Origin: Candidatus Buchananbacteria bacterium RIFCSPHIGHO2_01_FULL_44_11
GTDB taxonomy: Bacteria; Patescibacteriota; Patescibacteriia; Buchananbacterales; UBA6539
Assembly (NCBI GenBank): GCA_001817345.1
Contig: MHIE01000006.1
Span: 1 to 59,568 of the forward strand
Direction: 5' to 3'
Length of the DNA: 59,568 nt
In this document: positions 25,716-35,290 of the stretch, one piece after another
Layout: every line of letters starts with the position of its first letter
How positions within the stretch are numbered: the stretch's first letter is position 1
Notes under the pieces: model-generated
Told to the model about the DNA's origin: nothing
Databases searched by the model: none
The model's input: the letters and a program-made list of their open reading frames with translations, nothing else
Translations under genes and position numbers: made by a program

Positions 25716-28427
25716 ATGAGTAATCAGGAAATTCCCAAAGTCTACGAACCAAAAAACGTTGAAGACTCTATCTACAAAAAGTGGGAAGAGTCTGGTTTTT
25801 TTAATCCCGATAATCTACCCGGCCATCGGCCGAAAGCTTTTAGCATTGCCATGCCGCCGCCCAACGCCACCGGCGTGCTGCACATCGGCCATGCCGAGTT
25901 TATTACGATTCAAGACTTGGTGATTCGTTATCAAAGAATGCTGGGCAAGAAAACTTTGTGGCTGCCGGGCACTGACCACGCCGCCATTGCGACCCAGACT
26001 AAAGTGGAAAAATTAATCAAGGCCAAAGACGGCAAGTCTCGGCATGACTTGGGCCGGGAAGAGTTTTTAAAGCGAGTCAAAACCTTTGTGGTGGAGTCCC
26101 AAAATACCATCCGCAATCAAATCCGAAAAATGGGGTCGAGCTGCGACTGGTCGCGAGAACGCTACACGCTTGACAGCGGTTTGACCAAAGCCGTTAATGA
26201 AGCTTTTGTCCGGATGCATAAAGACGGGTTGATTTATCGGGGCAACCGGATTGTTAACTGGTGTCCGCGGTGCCAATCAACTTTAGCGGATGACGAAGTG
26301 GAATATCGGGAACAAAAAGCGCCGTTCTACTATTTTAAATATGGACCGGTGGTAATCGGCACCGCCCGGCCGGAAACCAAATTTGGCGATAAGGTGATTA
26401 TTGTCCATCCCGATGACAAACGCTATAAAGATTTGGTTGGCCAAGAGCTGCCGGTGGAGTGGATTTTAGGACCGATTACCGCCAAAGTGATTGCCGATCC
26501 AGTAGCGGAGATGGATTTAGGTAGTGGCGCCATGACAATTACCCCTGGCCACAGCTTTGTTGATTTTGAACTGGCTCAAAAATATCATTTACCGATCGAA
26601 AAAATCATTAACGAAAAAGGAGAGCTGACTCAAGTCGCCGGCTCGTTTGCCGGTCTGGACGTTGCCACCGCCCGGCATAAAGTTTTTGAATTGCTGAAAA
26701 GTAAAGGACTAGTTGATCACGTTGACGAAAATTACGTTCACAATCTTTCTGTTTGCTATCGGTGTGATACGCCGGTAGAGCCGCTGGTTTCAGAGCAGTG
26801 GTTTATCGCTGTTAATAAACCGATCAAAAAATTTGGCGGCAAATCTTTAAAGGAGCGGGCTTTGGCCGTAGTCAAAGACAGCCAAGTGGAAATTGTTCCG
26901 GAACGGTTTAAAAAAGTCTATTATCACTGGCTGGAGAATTTACGGGACTGGTGTATCAGCCGGCAAATTTGGTTTGGCCACCGCATACCCGTTTACTACC
27001 GTAAACGGGAAAATCCGAAATCCTCCGCCAAAGGCGGATCCGCCTCCGGCGGGAAAACTCAAAACTCAAAACTGGATAAAAGTCTAACGGAAGATGAAGT
27101 TTACGTCGGCTCTACGCCTCCGGCGGGCGAAGGCTGGCAACAAGACCCCGATACTCTCGACACCTGGTTTTCGTCGGGCCTCTGGACTTTTTCGACGCTC
27201 GGCTGGCCGGAGAAGACTAAGGATCTGAAGACGTTTCATCCAACATCGCTGATGGAAACCGGTTATGACATTTTATTTTTTTGGGTGGCGCGGATGATCA
27301 TTATGTCCACCTATTTGATGGATCAGGTGCCGTTTCAGCAGGTTTATCTTCACGGTTTGGTTCGCGACGAACAAGGCCGGAAAATGTCAAAATCTTTAGA
27401 TAACATTATTGATCCCCTGGAGGTGATCAAAAAGTTTGGCGCTGACGCCGTTCGTTTGAGTTTATTGATTGGCGTCACACCGGGTAATGACCTGAATTTG
27501 GCGGAAAGTAAAATTGCCGGCGCCCGGAATTTTATCAATAAACTTTGGAACATTTCGCGCTATATTTTAATGACTACTAAAAAGCCCGAACTGATTGAGA
27601 CGCGGCCAAAACCAAAAACTTTGGCTGATCAGTGGATTTTGGATGAATTAACCGTTTTGCAAAGTACGGTCACCACCCACCTTGATGCTTATCAATTTTC
27701 TATGGCCGGGGAGGCGATTTATGAATTCAGTTGGTCAAAATTCGCCGACTGGTATTTGGAGATCGCTAAAATTGAAGGCGGCAAAGACGACATTTTGCTT
27801 TATGTTCTGCAGAACTTATTAAAACTTTGGCATCCTTTTACGCCTTTTGTCACTGAGCGGATTTGGGCGATGATTGATCCCAACGGTAAGCCCAAAGCGC
27901 TTTTGATGGTGGAGTCCTGGCCTCAGGTTAGCCGCCAGGTCAGTAGTCGCGAAACCAAAGTGGTTAAGGATTTCAATTTGGTTCAGCAGGTTGTCTCCAC
28001 TATTCGCAATCTGCGGGCCGAGAGTAATATTGCGCCGGGCAAACTTTTGACCGCCATTATCGTGGCTGGCCCTAAGGTTAAAATAATCAAAGACCAGTCA
28101 GAGGTAATTAAGTCCCTGGCCCGTCTTGGCGAGCTTGAGGTTTTAGTCAAAGGCAAAAAGCCGGCCGGCTCTCTTTCCGCTTTGGCGGCCGGCCTGGAGA
28201 TTTATTTGCCGGTTTCTGATATGATAGACATAGGTAAAGAAGTTTCTCGGTTAAACTTGGAAGTCAAGCGTGTCAAAGATTTTATCATTCATCTGGAAAA
28301 TAAACTCCAGAATCAAAAGTTTTTGGAACGGGCGCCGAAAAATATTATTGCCAATGAGCAAAAAAAGCTGGAGGAAAATAAAGAGAATCTGGGAAAAATC
28401 CAGCAGCAGTTAAAAAGTTTAAAATGA
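25716..28427 (+). CDS. valS: Valyl-tRNA synthetase
   Basis: PPPNATGVLHIGHA, KMSKSLDN, C-terminal coiled coil. It carries an in-frame hairpin insert at 27024-27054. Confidence 0.95.
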   Translation: MSNQEIPKVYEPKNVEDSIYKKWEESGFFNPDNLPGHRPKAFSIAMPPPNATGVLHIGHAEFITIQDLVIRYQRMLGKKTLWLPGTDHAAIATQTKVEKLIKAKDGKSRHDLGREEFLKRVKTFVVESQNTIRNQIRKMGSSCDWSRERYTLDSGLTKAVNEAFVRMHKDGLIYRGNRIVNWCPRCQSTLADDEVEYREQKAPFYYFKYGPVVIGTARPETKFGDKVIIVHPDDKRYKDLVGQELPVEWILGPITAKVIADPVAEMDLGSGAMTITPGHSFVDFELAQKYHLPIEKIINEKGELTQVAGSFAGLDVATARHKVFELLKSKGLVDHVDENYVHNLSVCYRCDTPVEPLVSEQWFIAVNKPIKKFGGKSLKERALAVVKDSQVEIVPERFKKVYYHWLENLRDWCISRQIWFGHRIPVYYRKRENPKSSAKGGSASGGKTQNSKLDKSLTEDEVYVGSTPPAGEGWQQDPDTLDTWFSSGLWTFSTLGWPEKTKDLKTFHPTSLMETGYDILFFWVARMIIMSTYLMDQVPFQQVYLHGLVRDEQGRKMSKSLDNIIDPLEVIKKFGADAVRLSLLIGVTPGNDLNLAESKIAGARNFINKLWNISRYILMTTKKPELIETRPKPKTLADQWILDELTVLQSTVTTHLDAYQFSMAGEAIYEFSWSKFADWYLEIAKIEGGKDDILLYVLQNLLKLWHPFTPFVTERIWAMIDPNGKPKALLMVESWPQVSRQVSSRETKVVKDFNLVQQVVSTIRNLRAESNIAPGKLLTAIIVAGPKVKIIKDQSEVIKSLARLGELEVLVKGKKPAGSLSALAAGLEIYLPVSDMIDIGKEVSRLNLEVKRVKDFIIHLENKLQNQKFLERAPKNIIANEQKKLEENKENLGKIQQQLKSLK

Positions 28428-29059
28428 CACCCCTCTCCCCAACCCTCTCCCGCCAGGGGAGAAGGCAGTCTAAAACCACAGCCGCAGTCAAAATTTTAGT
28501 CCGGGGTTACGCTTGGGTTAAAAACGGCGTTTGGTTTGCTTCGCCGAACACGACACTGATTAAAGACCAGGGTTATCTGGTCATCGTTGACCCGGGCGCC
28601 AACGCGCCACGGCTGCTCTCGGCCCTGAAAAAAGAAGGTTTGAAGCCAAAAGACATTGATATTGTTTTTTTAACCCATTATCACTTAGACCATATTTTAA
28701 ACATCCGTCTGTTCCCCGACCATGATATTCATGATGGTAACACTATCAACCGGGGTGATAAAATTATTGAGTACAAAAAAGTCATTCCCGCTACTGGCAT
28801 TCAAGTAATTTCTACTCCCGGCCATGCTTTTGAGCACTGCTCTTTGTTAGTCCAGACAAAAAAAGGTAAAATAGCAATTGCTGGCGATGTGTTTTGGTGG
28901 GCAGATAAAGACAAACAAAAGCTGGATTACCAGAGTTTAGTTAACCGCCGCGATCCTTACGCCAAGGACTGGCAGCAATTGAAAGCCAGCCGGAAACGCC
29001 TGTTAGCTTTGGCCGATTATATCATTCCCGGCCACGGCAAAATGTTTAGAGTACAATAG
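28424..29059 (+). CDS. MBL-fold metallo-hydrolase
   Basis: THYHLDH motif. The ATGA overlaps the valS stop. The N-terminus, PLSPTLSRQGRR, is encoded by a GC hairpin repeat. Confidence 0.7.
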   Translation: MTPLSPTLSRQGRRQSKTTAAVKILVRGYAWVKNGVWFASPNTTLIKDQGYLVIVDPGANAPRLLSALKKEGLKPKDIDIVFLTHYHLDHILNIRLFPDHDIHDGNTINRGDKIIEYKKVIPATGIQVISTPGHAFEHCSLLVQTKKGKIAIAGDVFWWADKDKQKLDYQSLVNRRDPYAKDWQQLKASRKRLLALADYIIPGHGKMFRVQ

Positions 29060-29149
29060 TTATTAGGGGCTAGGTGATAGGTAGTAGATTGTCTAAAACC
29101 TATCATCTAATAACCTAAAACCTGCAAGCTACAAGCTAAAACTTAAATT

Positions 29150-30343
29150 ATGGCCAAACCAGACGAAAAGAAAATTAATGAGCTTTTAACCCGCGGGGTT
29201 GAGGCTATCTATCCTTCACGTCCAGAGCTGGAAAAGGTTTTACGTTCCGGCAAAAAGTTGCGACTTTACCACGGCATTGATCCGACCGGCCCGACCCTGC
29301 ATTTGGGTCACCTGGTTCAACTTTTAAAGTTAAGACAGTTTCAAGATTTAAACCATGAGGTGATTATTTTAATTGGGGATTTTACCGCCACGATCGGTGA
29401 TCCGAGTGATCAAAATTCAGCAAGAAAAATTTTAACTCGTCAGCAAGTTTTAAAAAATTCAAAGGATTATAAAAGTCAGATTTATAAAATTTTAGATCAG
29501 AAAAAAGTAATCTTTAGATATAATTCGGAATGGTTGGATAAATTAAAATTCGAGGACTTGATTAAATTATCTTCTCAATTTACAGCTCAGCAGACCTTAG
29601 CTCGCAGTATGTTTAAGAAAAGGATGGCGGAAGGTAAGGACTTATATATTAATGAATTTTTATATCCCGTTTTCCAAGCCTATGATTCGGTGGTTTTGGA
29701 TGTTGATTTAGAAATTGGCGGCAACGATCAGATGTTTAACATGTTGGCTGGTCGGACATTGATGAAAAAAACGAAAAACAAGGAAAAATTTGTTTTGACA
29801 ACAAAGTTATTAGAAGACCCAACCGGCAAAAAGATGGGTAAAACGACGGGCAATATGGTTAGCTTGGCGGATCAGCCGACTGAAGTTTACGGCAAAATAA
29901 TGAGCTGGCCGGATTCTTTAATTTTGACCGGGTTTGAGCTGATTACTCAGGTGCCGCTGGCCGAGATTAATCAACTCAAAGCCGATTTAGCCGGCGGGAG
30001 AAATCCCAAGTTACTGAAGATGCTTTTAGCTTATGAATTAATTCAGCTTTATTGGGGCAAGTCGGCGGCGATTAAAGCCGAAGAAAGTTTTAAACAAGTT
30101 TTTGAGGAAAAATTAAACCCCGATGAGATTAAAATTGTTCACGCCAAATCAAAAAATATTATCGATGTTTTGGAAGAAACAAAATTAGCCAGCTCCAAAT
30201 CCGAAGCTCGGCGGCTGATTAGCCAGGGTGGCATTCGAGTTGACGGCAAAGTGGTCAAAGACCAGAATTTTGAGATCGGCAAAATTGATCAAGACGGCGT
30301 GGTAATTCAAAAAGGCAAGAGACACTTTGTCAAAATCAAATAA
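29150..30343 (+). CDS. tyrS: Tyrosyl-tRNA synthetase
   Basis: LHLGHLV (HIGH), KMGKT (KMSKS), C-terminal S4 domain. Confidence 0.95.
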   Translation: MAKPDEKKINELLTRGVEAIYPSRPELEKVLRSGKKLRLYHGIDPTGPTLHLGHLVQLLKLRQFQDLNHEVIILIGDFTATIGDPSDQNSARKILTRQQVLKNSKDYKSQIYKILDQKKVIFRYNSEWLDKLKFEDLIKLSSQFTAQQTLARSMFKKRMAEGKDLYINEFLYPVFQAYDSVVLDVDLEIGGNDQMFNMLAGRTLMKKTKNKEKFVLTTKLLEDPTGKKMGKTTGNMVSLADQPTEVYGKIMSWPDSLILTGFELITQVPLAEINQLKADLAGGRNPKLLKMLLAYELIQLYWGKSAAIKAEESFKQVFEEKLNPDEIKIVHAKSKNIIDVLEETKLASSKSEARRLISQGGIRVDGKVVKDQNFEIGKIDQDGVVIQKGKRHFVKIK

Positions 30344-30344
30344 A

Positions 30345-30416
30345 ATGGCTAAAGATAAAAAAACAATTTTAATCATTGAAGACGACCCCGCACCAAACCC
30401 GAACAATTTCAATTGA
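30345..30416 (+). pseudogene. Relic of a response-regulator 5' end
   Basis: ATG lies 1 nt after the tyrS stop. ACAATTTTAATCATTGAAGACGAC encodes TILIIEDD but is out of frame with that ATG. The 17-nt repeat recurs at 30560-30576. Confidence 0.4.
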
Positions 30417-30534
30417 TAATTAAATTTTTTCCCTCGGAACCGCCTGCGGCTTAGTCGAATAAATATCCAATCTTTCGGTCTAACGGTTTAGTGCGGGGCG
30501 AGACGAGGTGACTTATTAACTCTTTATTAATTTT

Positions 30535-30918
30535 ATGTCTGGTGCCCGCAAAACAGTCCTAATCATTGAAGACGACGAAGCCTTGGTCCGTAGTTTGAGT
30601 TTAGGCTTGCAAGATAAATTTCAGGTGCTGACTGCCTTGAATGCCCACGACGGATTAGCTAAGGCCAAGTCAGAGGCAACAAAAAATAAACCGGACCTGA
30701 TTCTACTTGATATAAATTTGCCCGACATAAACGGTATTGAGGTTCTCGAAATTTTGAAAAAAACGGAACAGACTGCCGATATCCCAGTGATCGTCCTGAC
30801 TAATTTAAGTGATCAAGAAACCGTTAGCCAGATTTTACAAGCTGGCGGTAAAGAATATTTGATTAAATCCGATTGGACTATTGCTGATATCGGCAAAAAG
30901 ATTGAAGAGACGATTTAA
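30535..30918 (+). CDS. Single-domain response regulator (CheY-like receiver)
   Basis: KTVLIIEDDEAL, DLILLDINLPDINGIEV, LTNL, KEYLIKS. Confidence 0.85.
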   Translation: MSGARKTVLIIEDDEALVRSLSLGLQDKFQVLTALNAHDGLAKAKSEATKNKPDLILLDINLPDINGIEVLEILKKTEQTADIPVIVLTNLSDQETVSQILQAGGKEYLIKSDWTIADIGKKIEETI

Positions 30919-30932
30919 ATTTAAAGCAATGC

Positions 30933-30960
30933 AAAAACGCCCCAGTGGGGCGTTTTTGCT
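30933..30960 (+). terminator. Intrinsic terminator
   Basis: AAAAACGCCCC-AGT-GGGGCGTTTTT. Confidence 0.7.
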
Positions 30961-31578
30961 GTTTAGCGGCGCAGGGAGTATTCCATCTCTGGATAACCAA
31001 CTAACCAGCAAGACTGCTTTTTTTAACAATCTTTTTGGCGGTTTCGGCAAGATGGTGGCTGATTACCTAGGCCTCATTAACACTGTTTTGTGGTTATTAG
31101 GCCGGTTTTCAGGGCTGAAATATCTACTCCCTGCACTAAAGGAGACGGTAAAAGTGGTCTTTTATTACGTTAGATTCATCAAATTTTCATCAATACAAAA
31201 ACAGACCTCTTGGTCTGGTTTTGGTGTCAGCTTTAGCCAACGTAATTATATTTTTTGCTTCTCAAGTCCTTGGTGTGTTTAGCCAGTCGTTTGCCAATTT
31301 TAGTGTTCTTTTTGGCGTGTTTGATCCTGGCTTTTAAAGCGCTGTTTTGTCCCATAAATTTTGATTTTCAATTTAGATAATCATCTTAGCATCAAAATTA
31401 AATTTAATCAAGGCCACTTTTAATAGGCCAATCTCGCGTTCGGTTTTACCGAGTGCTATTTTTTATTCCAAATTCACAACAGATGTTAATCTTGACAGTA
31501 AAAATCGGTTTTGTTAAGGTGCCAAGTGTCCGGTCATATTTCCTCAAATTTTGGAAAAGGGAAAGGAGAAGGAAGACA

Positions 31579-33135
31579 ATGGCGAAGACCTACGTTGTAG
31601 CAATTGATGACGGAACGCAAACGCTGACGGCGGTTTTGCTTGATCTTGATGGTCAGCTTATCGTCCAAGGCGATTGCGATGTCCCCCTATTTAAAGGAGA
31701 TCGGGGGGAGAGAACTCAACGGCCGACGGACTGGCGAATAGCGCTCCAGACCGCCATGGCCAAGGTCCTGAAAGCGGCCGGAGACGCCGGCATCGAGCTG
31801 GGTCAGTGCCTCGGCATTTGCCCTTCAGCCCAGATGCATGGCCTAGGTATGCTGCTCGCGGATGGCCACTGGGTCGAGGACGTGATGCTGTGGTGTGATG
31901 AGAGAAACGATCCGGAGGCCCGGGAGCTCACCGAAGCCTTTGGTTGCTGGATTCCGCGTCGCCTAACCATCGCCCGCTGGCTTTGGGCGATTCGCAATCA
32001 GCCCAAGTTGGCTCGGCAGTGTTCGCTGATCATGCCACCGTCGGGGGTGATCGCGTCTTTCCTTGACCCGACGATCAGACAGCTCGGCCTGGGCGAAGCC
32101 CGAGGACTTTTCCCGATTGACCCGGCCACCGGCCAGTACGACTCTCGCCTGGCCGCCATTTTTGACCAGATGGTCAGCGGTCATGGTGTTCGGCCGATTC
32201 TCGAACTGCTGCCCGAGCCGGTGATGGTCGGAACAGTCGTCGGCGGGCTCAGCAAAGCCGGAGCCGAGCTGACCGGTTTGCCCGCTGGCACGCCGATTAT
32301 TTCACCGGAAGGCGATCAGCCCGCGGTCTTGGCCGGTACCTTCGTGGCCAAGCCAGGCATCGCCTCATTCTCGGTGGGTACCTCAATCTGCGCCAATCTT
32401 CTCAGCCAGGAGCAATTCCGCGGCCTGCATCCCGGCGTCGAGCCGTTCATGACCGCCGACGGTCTGCCGTTTCTCATGGTTCACGTGGAGAACGGCACCT
32501 CATATGCGAATACCTTTATCAAGAAGTTGTTCGGCGACCTGCTCGGCCGCTGCGTCAATCCTTTTACCGTTTTGCTGTCTGAAGCGGCCAGGGCTCCGAT
32601 CAACTGCGGCGGGGTAGTGATTCTACCCTTTGCCAATGCCGAACATGGCGTGGGTCTTGCCAGCGGTGCTTGTCCGGCCATGTTCAACCTCACGGATGAG
32701 AATGCCACGCCGGGTAACGTGGTCCGGGCGGCGCTCATGGCACCGATGCTTACGGTTCGGCACAGTATGGATGCCATCAGAGCTCAGGGCATTCCCCTGA
32801 ATGAAATCGTGCTGAGCGGCGGCATCGTCAAAAACAATGCGGACTGGTTTGCCCAAATGACCGCCGACATTTTCCAGGTGCCCGTGCGCATGACGGGCGT
32901 GGCCGAAGAAGCATCGGCCATGGGTGCTGGCCTCATGGCGCTGTATGGCTATCGTCGCGCCCAGGATGCCGCCCTGACCTGGCCTCGGTTCCTTAATGAA
33001 ATGCGTCCCAACGACGATCGCGTCTTTAAACCTCAGCCCGAGAATGCTCCGGTGTACGATCGGATGTTTGCCGCTTACGAACGGCTCGTGGAGAGAGTCG
33101 AGCCCGAGCTGCTCAATGTCGATTGGGAGAAATAG
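31579..33135 (+). CDS. FGGY-family carbohydrate kinase (xylulokinase-like), high-GC gene
   Basis: YVVAIDDGTQ, SAQMHG and a GG(I)VKN-type C-terminal motif. ATG 31579 has RBS GGAAAGGAGAAGGAAG. Confidence 0.7.
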   Translation: MAKTYVVAIDDGTQTLTAVLLDLDGQLIVQGDCDVPLFKGDRGERTQRPTDWRIALQTAMAKVLKAAGDAGIELGQCLGICPSAQMHGLGMLLADGHWVEDVMLWCDERNDPEARELTEAFGCWIPRRLTIARWLWAIRNQPKLARQCSLIMPPSGVIASFLDPTIRQLGLGEARGLFPIDPATGQYDSRLAAIFDQMVSGHGVRPILELLPEPVMVGTVVGGLSKAGAELTGLPAGTPIISPEGDQPAVLAGTFVAKPGIASFSVGTSICANLLSQEQFRGLHPGVEPFMTADGLPFLMVHVENGTSYANTFIKKLFGDLLGRCVNPFTVLLSEAARAPINCGGVVILPFANAEHGVGLASGACPAMFNLTDENATPGNVVRAALMAPMLTVRHSMDAIRAQGIPLNEIVLSGGIVKNNADWFAQMTADIFQVPVRMTGVAEEASAMGAGLMALYGYRRAQDAALTWPRFLNEMRPNDDRVFKPQPENAPVYDRMFAAYERLVERVEPELLNVDWEK

Positions 33136-33213
33136 TCGGTTTTCGGCAAACCAAGCAAGCCAACAGCACTGGCGTAGGAGGATTTGTAATTATCTGGATC
33201 TTTTGTCTGACAG

Positions 33214-33262
33214 TAAGCCGCGCACTCCTTTTTGGGGTAGCGCGGTATTTTTTTTGTAAAAA
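33214..33262 (+). terminator. Terminator-type repeat, copy 1
   Basis: TAAGCCGCGCACTCCTTTTTGGGGTAGCGCGGTATTTTTTTTGTAAAAA. Confidence 0.6.
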
Positions 33263-33368
33263 TATCACCAAATATTTATTTTTCCAACCGTTGACATTTT
33301 AAAAAAATCTGTTATCATAATTTTATTACTTTTTCAATTAACTAATAAAATTTAATTTCTAAACCAGC

Positions 33369-34757
33369 ATGAAGAAATCTTTTTTATTTTTCGTCGTTTT
33401 GGTGGGGTTATTTTTCGTCCAGGTGGCGCCGGTTTTGGCCAACAGTGAAGCAGCCGGTTCAGCCCATTCATTCGCCGAGACTTTTCTTTGGTTAGCTTTA
33501 ATCTTGCTGGCGGGCCGATTGGCCTCTTTGGTTGAACGAATTGGCCAGCCGGCGGTTTTAGGCGAGCTGATTATCGGCGTGGTTTTAGGCAATCTGATTC
33601 TGGTTGGCTTGGGTATTTTTGAAAATATCAAACAGGATCAATTTATCGCTTTTTTGGCCGAATTGGGCGTGGTCATTTTGCTTTTTCAAATCGGTTTGGA
33701 ATCCAACATTGAGCGGATGAAGCAGGTCGGCGTCAAAGCTTTTTTAGTCGCCTGTGTCGGCGTGATAGTGCCTTTTATCAGCGGCACTTATTTAATTGGT
33801 CCCTGGCTTTTGCCCGGGTTAAGCTTTACCACTTATCTATTTTTGGGCGCCACTTTAACCGCCACTTCGGTTGGCATCACCGCTCGGGTTTTTCAAGATT
33901 TAGGCAAACTCCAGACCAAGGAAGCTCAGATCGTTTTAGGCGCGGCCGTGATTGATGATGTTTTAGGTTTGATTATTCTGGCGATTGTTTCGGCCATCGC
34001 CACCACGGGCGGCGCCAGTTTGCTGACGATCGGCTTTATTACCTTAGAGGCTCTGCTTTTTTTGATCGGCGCCATATTTTTCGGTCGACTTTTGGCTCCC
34101 TTATTCGGCAAATATTTATCAAAGATTCATTCCGGCAGTGGCATGAAGTTTACCATGGCTTTAATTTTTTGTTTGTCTTTTGCCTACTTGGCCCAAAAAA
34201 TAGGTTTAGCGCCGATCGTTGGCGCTTTCGCCGCCGGTTTGGTTTTGGACCCGGTTCATTTCAAGGATTTCGAAAAACCGGAGATAGTGCGAGACGTTAA
34301 AACTGTCATGGCCAACGGTTCGGCCAGCGGCTTGGCCGAAATACACGAGGTTTTAGAACAGCATGAGGAAAAGCACGTGGAAGATTTAATCAAGCCGGTC
34401 GGCTACCTTTTGGTACCTCTATTTTTTGTAATGACGGGCATGAGTGTCAAGCTGGAAACTTTATTTAATTTGCCGATTTTGCTTTTGGCTTTAGGCATCA
34501 CGGTGGTGGCATTTTTAGGCAAACTGGTGGCCGGAACAGTCGCTGGCAAAGTTGATAAATGGATTGTTGGCGTCGGCATGATTCCCCGGGGCGAAGTCGG
34601 TTTGATTTTTGTCACGCTAGGCAGAACTTTGGGCGTGATTTCTGATTCGGTTTTTTCGGCCCTGGTCATCGTGGTTATTTTAACCACCCTTTTGACGCCG
34701 CCGATTTTAACCTGGCTTTTAAAAAAACAGGATAAAAAAACGCTTCAACCGGCCTGA
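33369..34757 (+). CDS. Cation:proton antiporter (CPA2/Kef-type membrane domain)
   Basis: 462 aa, multi-TM, GELIIGVVLG, LLFQIGLE. Confidence 0.8.
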   Translation: MKKSFLFFVVLVGLFFVQVAPVLANSEAAGSAHSFAETFLWLALILLAGRLASLVERIGQPAVLGELIIGVVLGNLILVGLGIFENIKQDQFIAFLAELGVVILLFQIGLESNIERMKQVGVKAFLVACVGVIVPFISGTYLIGPWLLPGLSFTTYLFLGATLTATSVGITARVFQDLGKLQTKEAQIVLGAAVIDDVLGLIILAIVSAIATTGGASLLTIGFITLEALLFLIGAIFFGRLLAPLFGKYLSKIHSGSGMKFTMALIFCLSFAYLAQKIGLAPIVGAFAAGLVLDPVHFKDFEKPEIVRDVKTVMANGSASGLAEIHEVLEQHEEKHVEDLIKPVGYLLVPLFFVMTGMSVKLETLFNLPILLLALGITVVAFLGKLVAGTVAGKVDKWIVGVGMIPRGEVGLIFVTLGRTLGVISDSVFSALVIVVILTTLLTPPILTWLLKKQDKKTLQPA

Positions 34758-34804
34758 ATCAATTTTTAGTTGTTTTTACCAGTTGATTTTTTGCCTTATT
34801 AAGA

Positions 34805-34863
34805 TAAGCCGCGCTCTCCTTTTTTGGAGCAGCGCGGTATTTTTTTGTAAAAAAATTGTCCAG
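34805..34863 (+). terminator. Terminator-type repeat, copy 2
   Basis: TAAGCCGCGCTCTCCTTTTTTGGAGCAGCGCGGTATTTTTTTGTAAAAAAA. Confidence 0.6.
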
Positions 34864-35290
34864 CCGTAAAGCGCTGGGCATAGAGACAGATTCAGTTTAT
34901 CATTGCTTGGCACTTTTATCTCTTCTGGCTTTCAAATTTTTGATTCTGCTTTTTGATAATGCCGTCCAACTCAAAACGCCGATAGCGGTTTTAACCGCTT
35001 CTTTTTCTTCGGCACCAAGCGAATCTTTATTCAGTAGATTGATTAATATTTTTGCCGCAATTTTGTCATCCATTGTATCCATAGTTTAATAATATCAAAT
35101 AAGCGTCTATTCGTCCCGTTGTTCGTAAACGACGGGATTCGGCGCATTTAGGACTGAGGATTGATCCAATTAAAATTGCCATTGGTAAGGTGCACCCTTG
35201 GTTGATCTAAAAAAAGTCCCATGCCAGCTTGATAACCGGCATGGGCTAACCTTGAAGTATCCAAGGGCAATTTACTGACTAATGGGTAAA

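Noticed and set aside
30881-31282. 133-aa plus-strand ORF after the response regulator, and a possible 40-aa Lys-rich ORF on the minus strand at 31233-31355.
   Set aside because: The plus ORF starts inside the upstream gene, runs through its terminator and has low-complexity hydrophobic content. The minus micro-ORF has a terminator but no Shine-Dalgarno. Neither is reported as a feature.
34856-35089. Mirror ORFs of 77 aa (plus strand) and 60 aa (minus strand) in the gap after the antiporter.
   Set aside because: Neither has an RBS. The minus-strand one looks more protein-like (MDTMDDKIAAKILINLL..), but the evidence is too weak to call.
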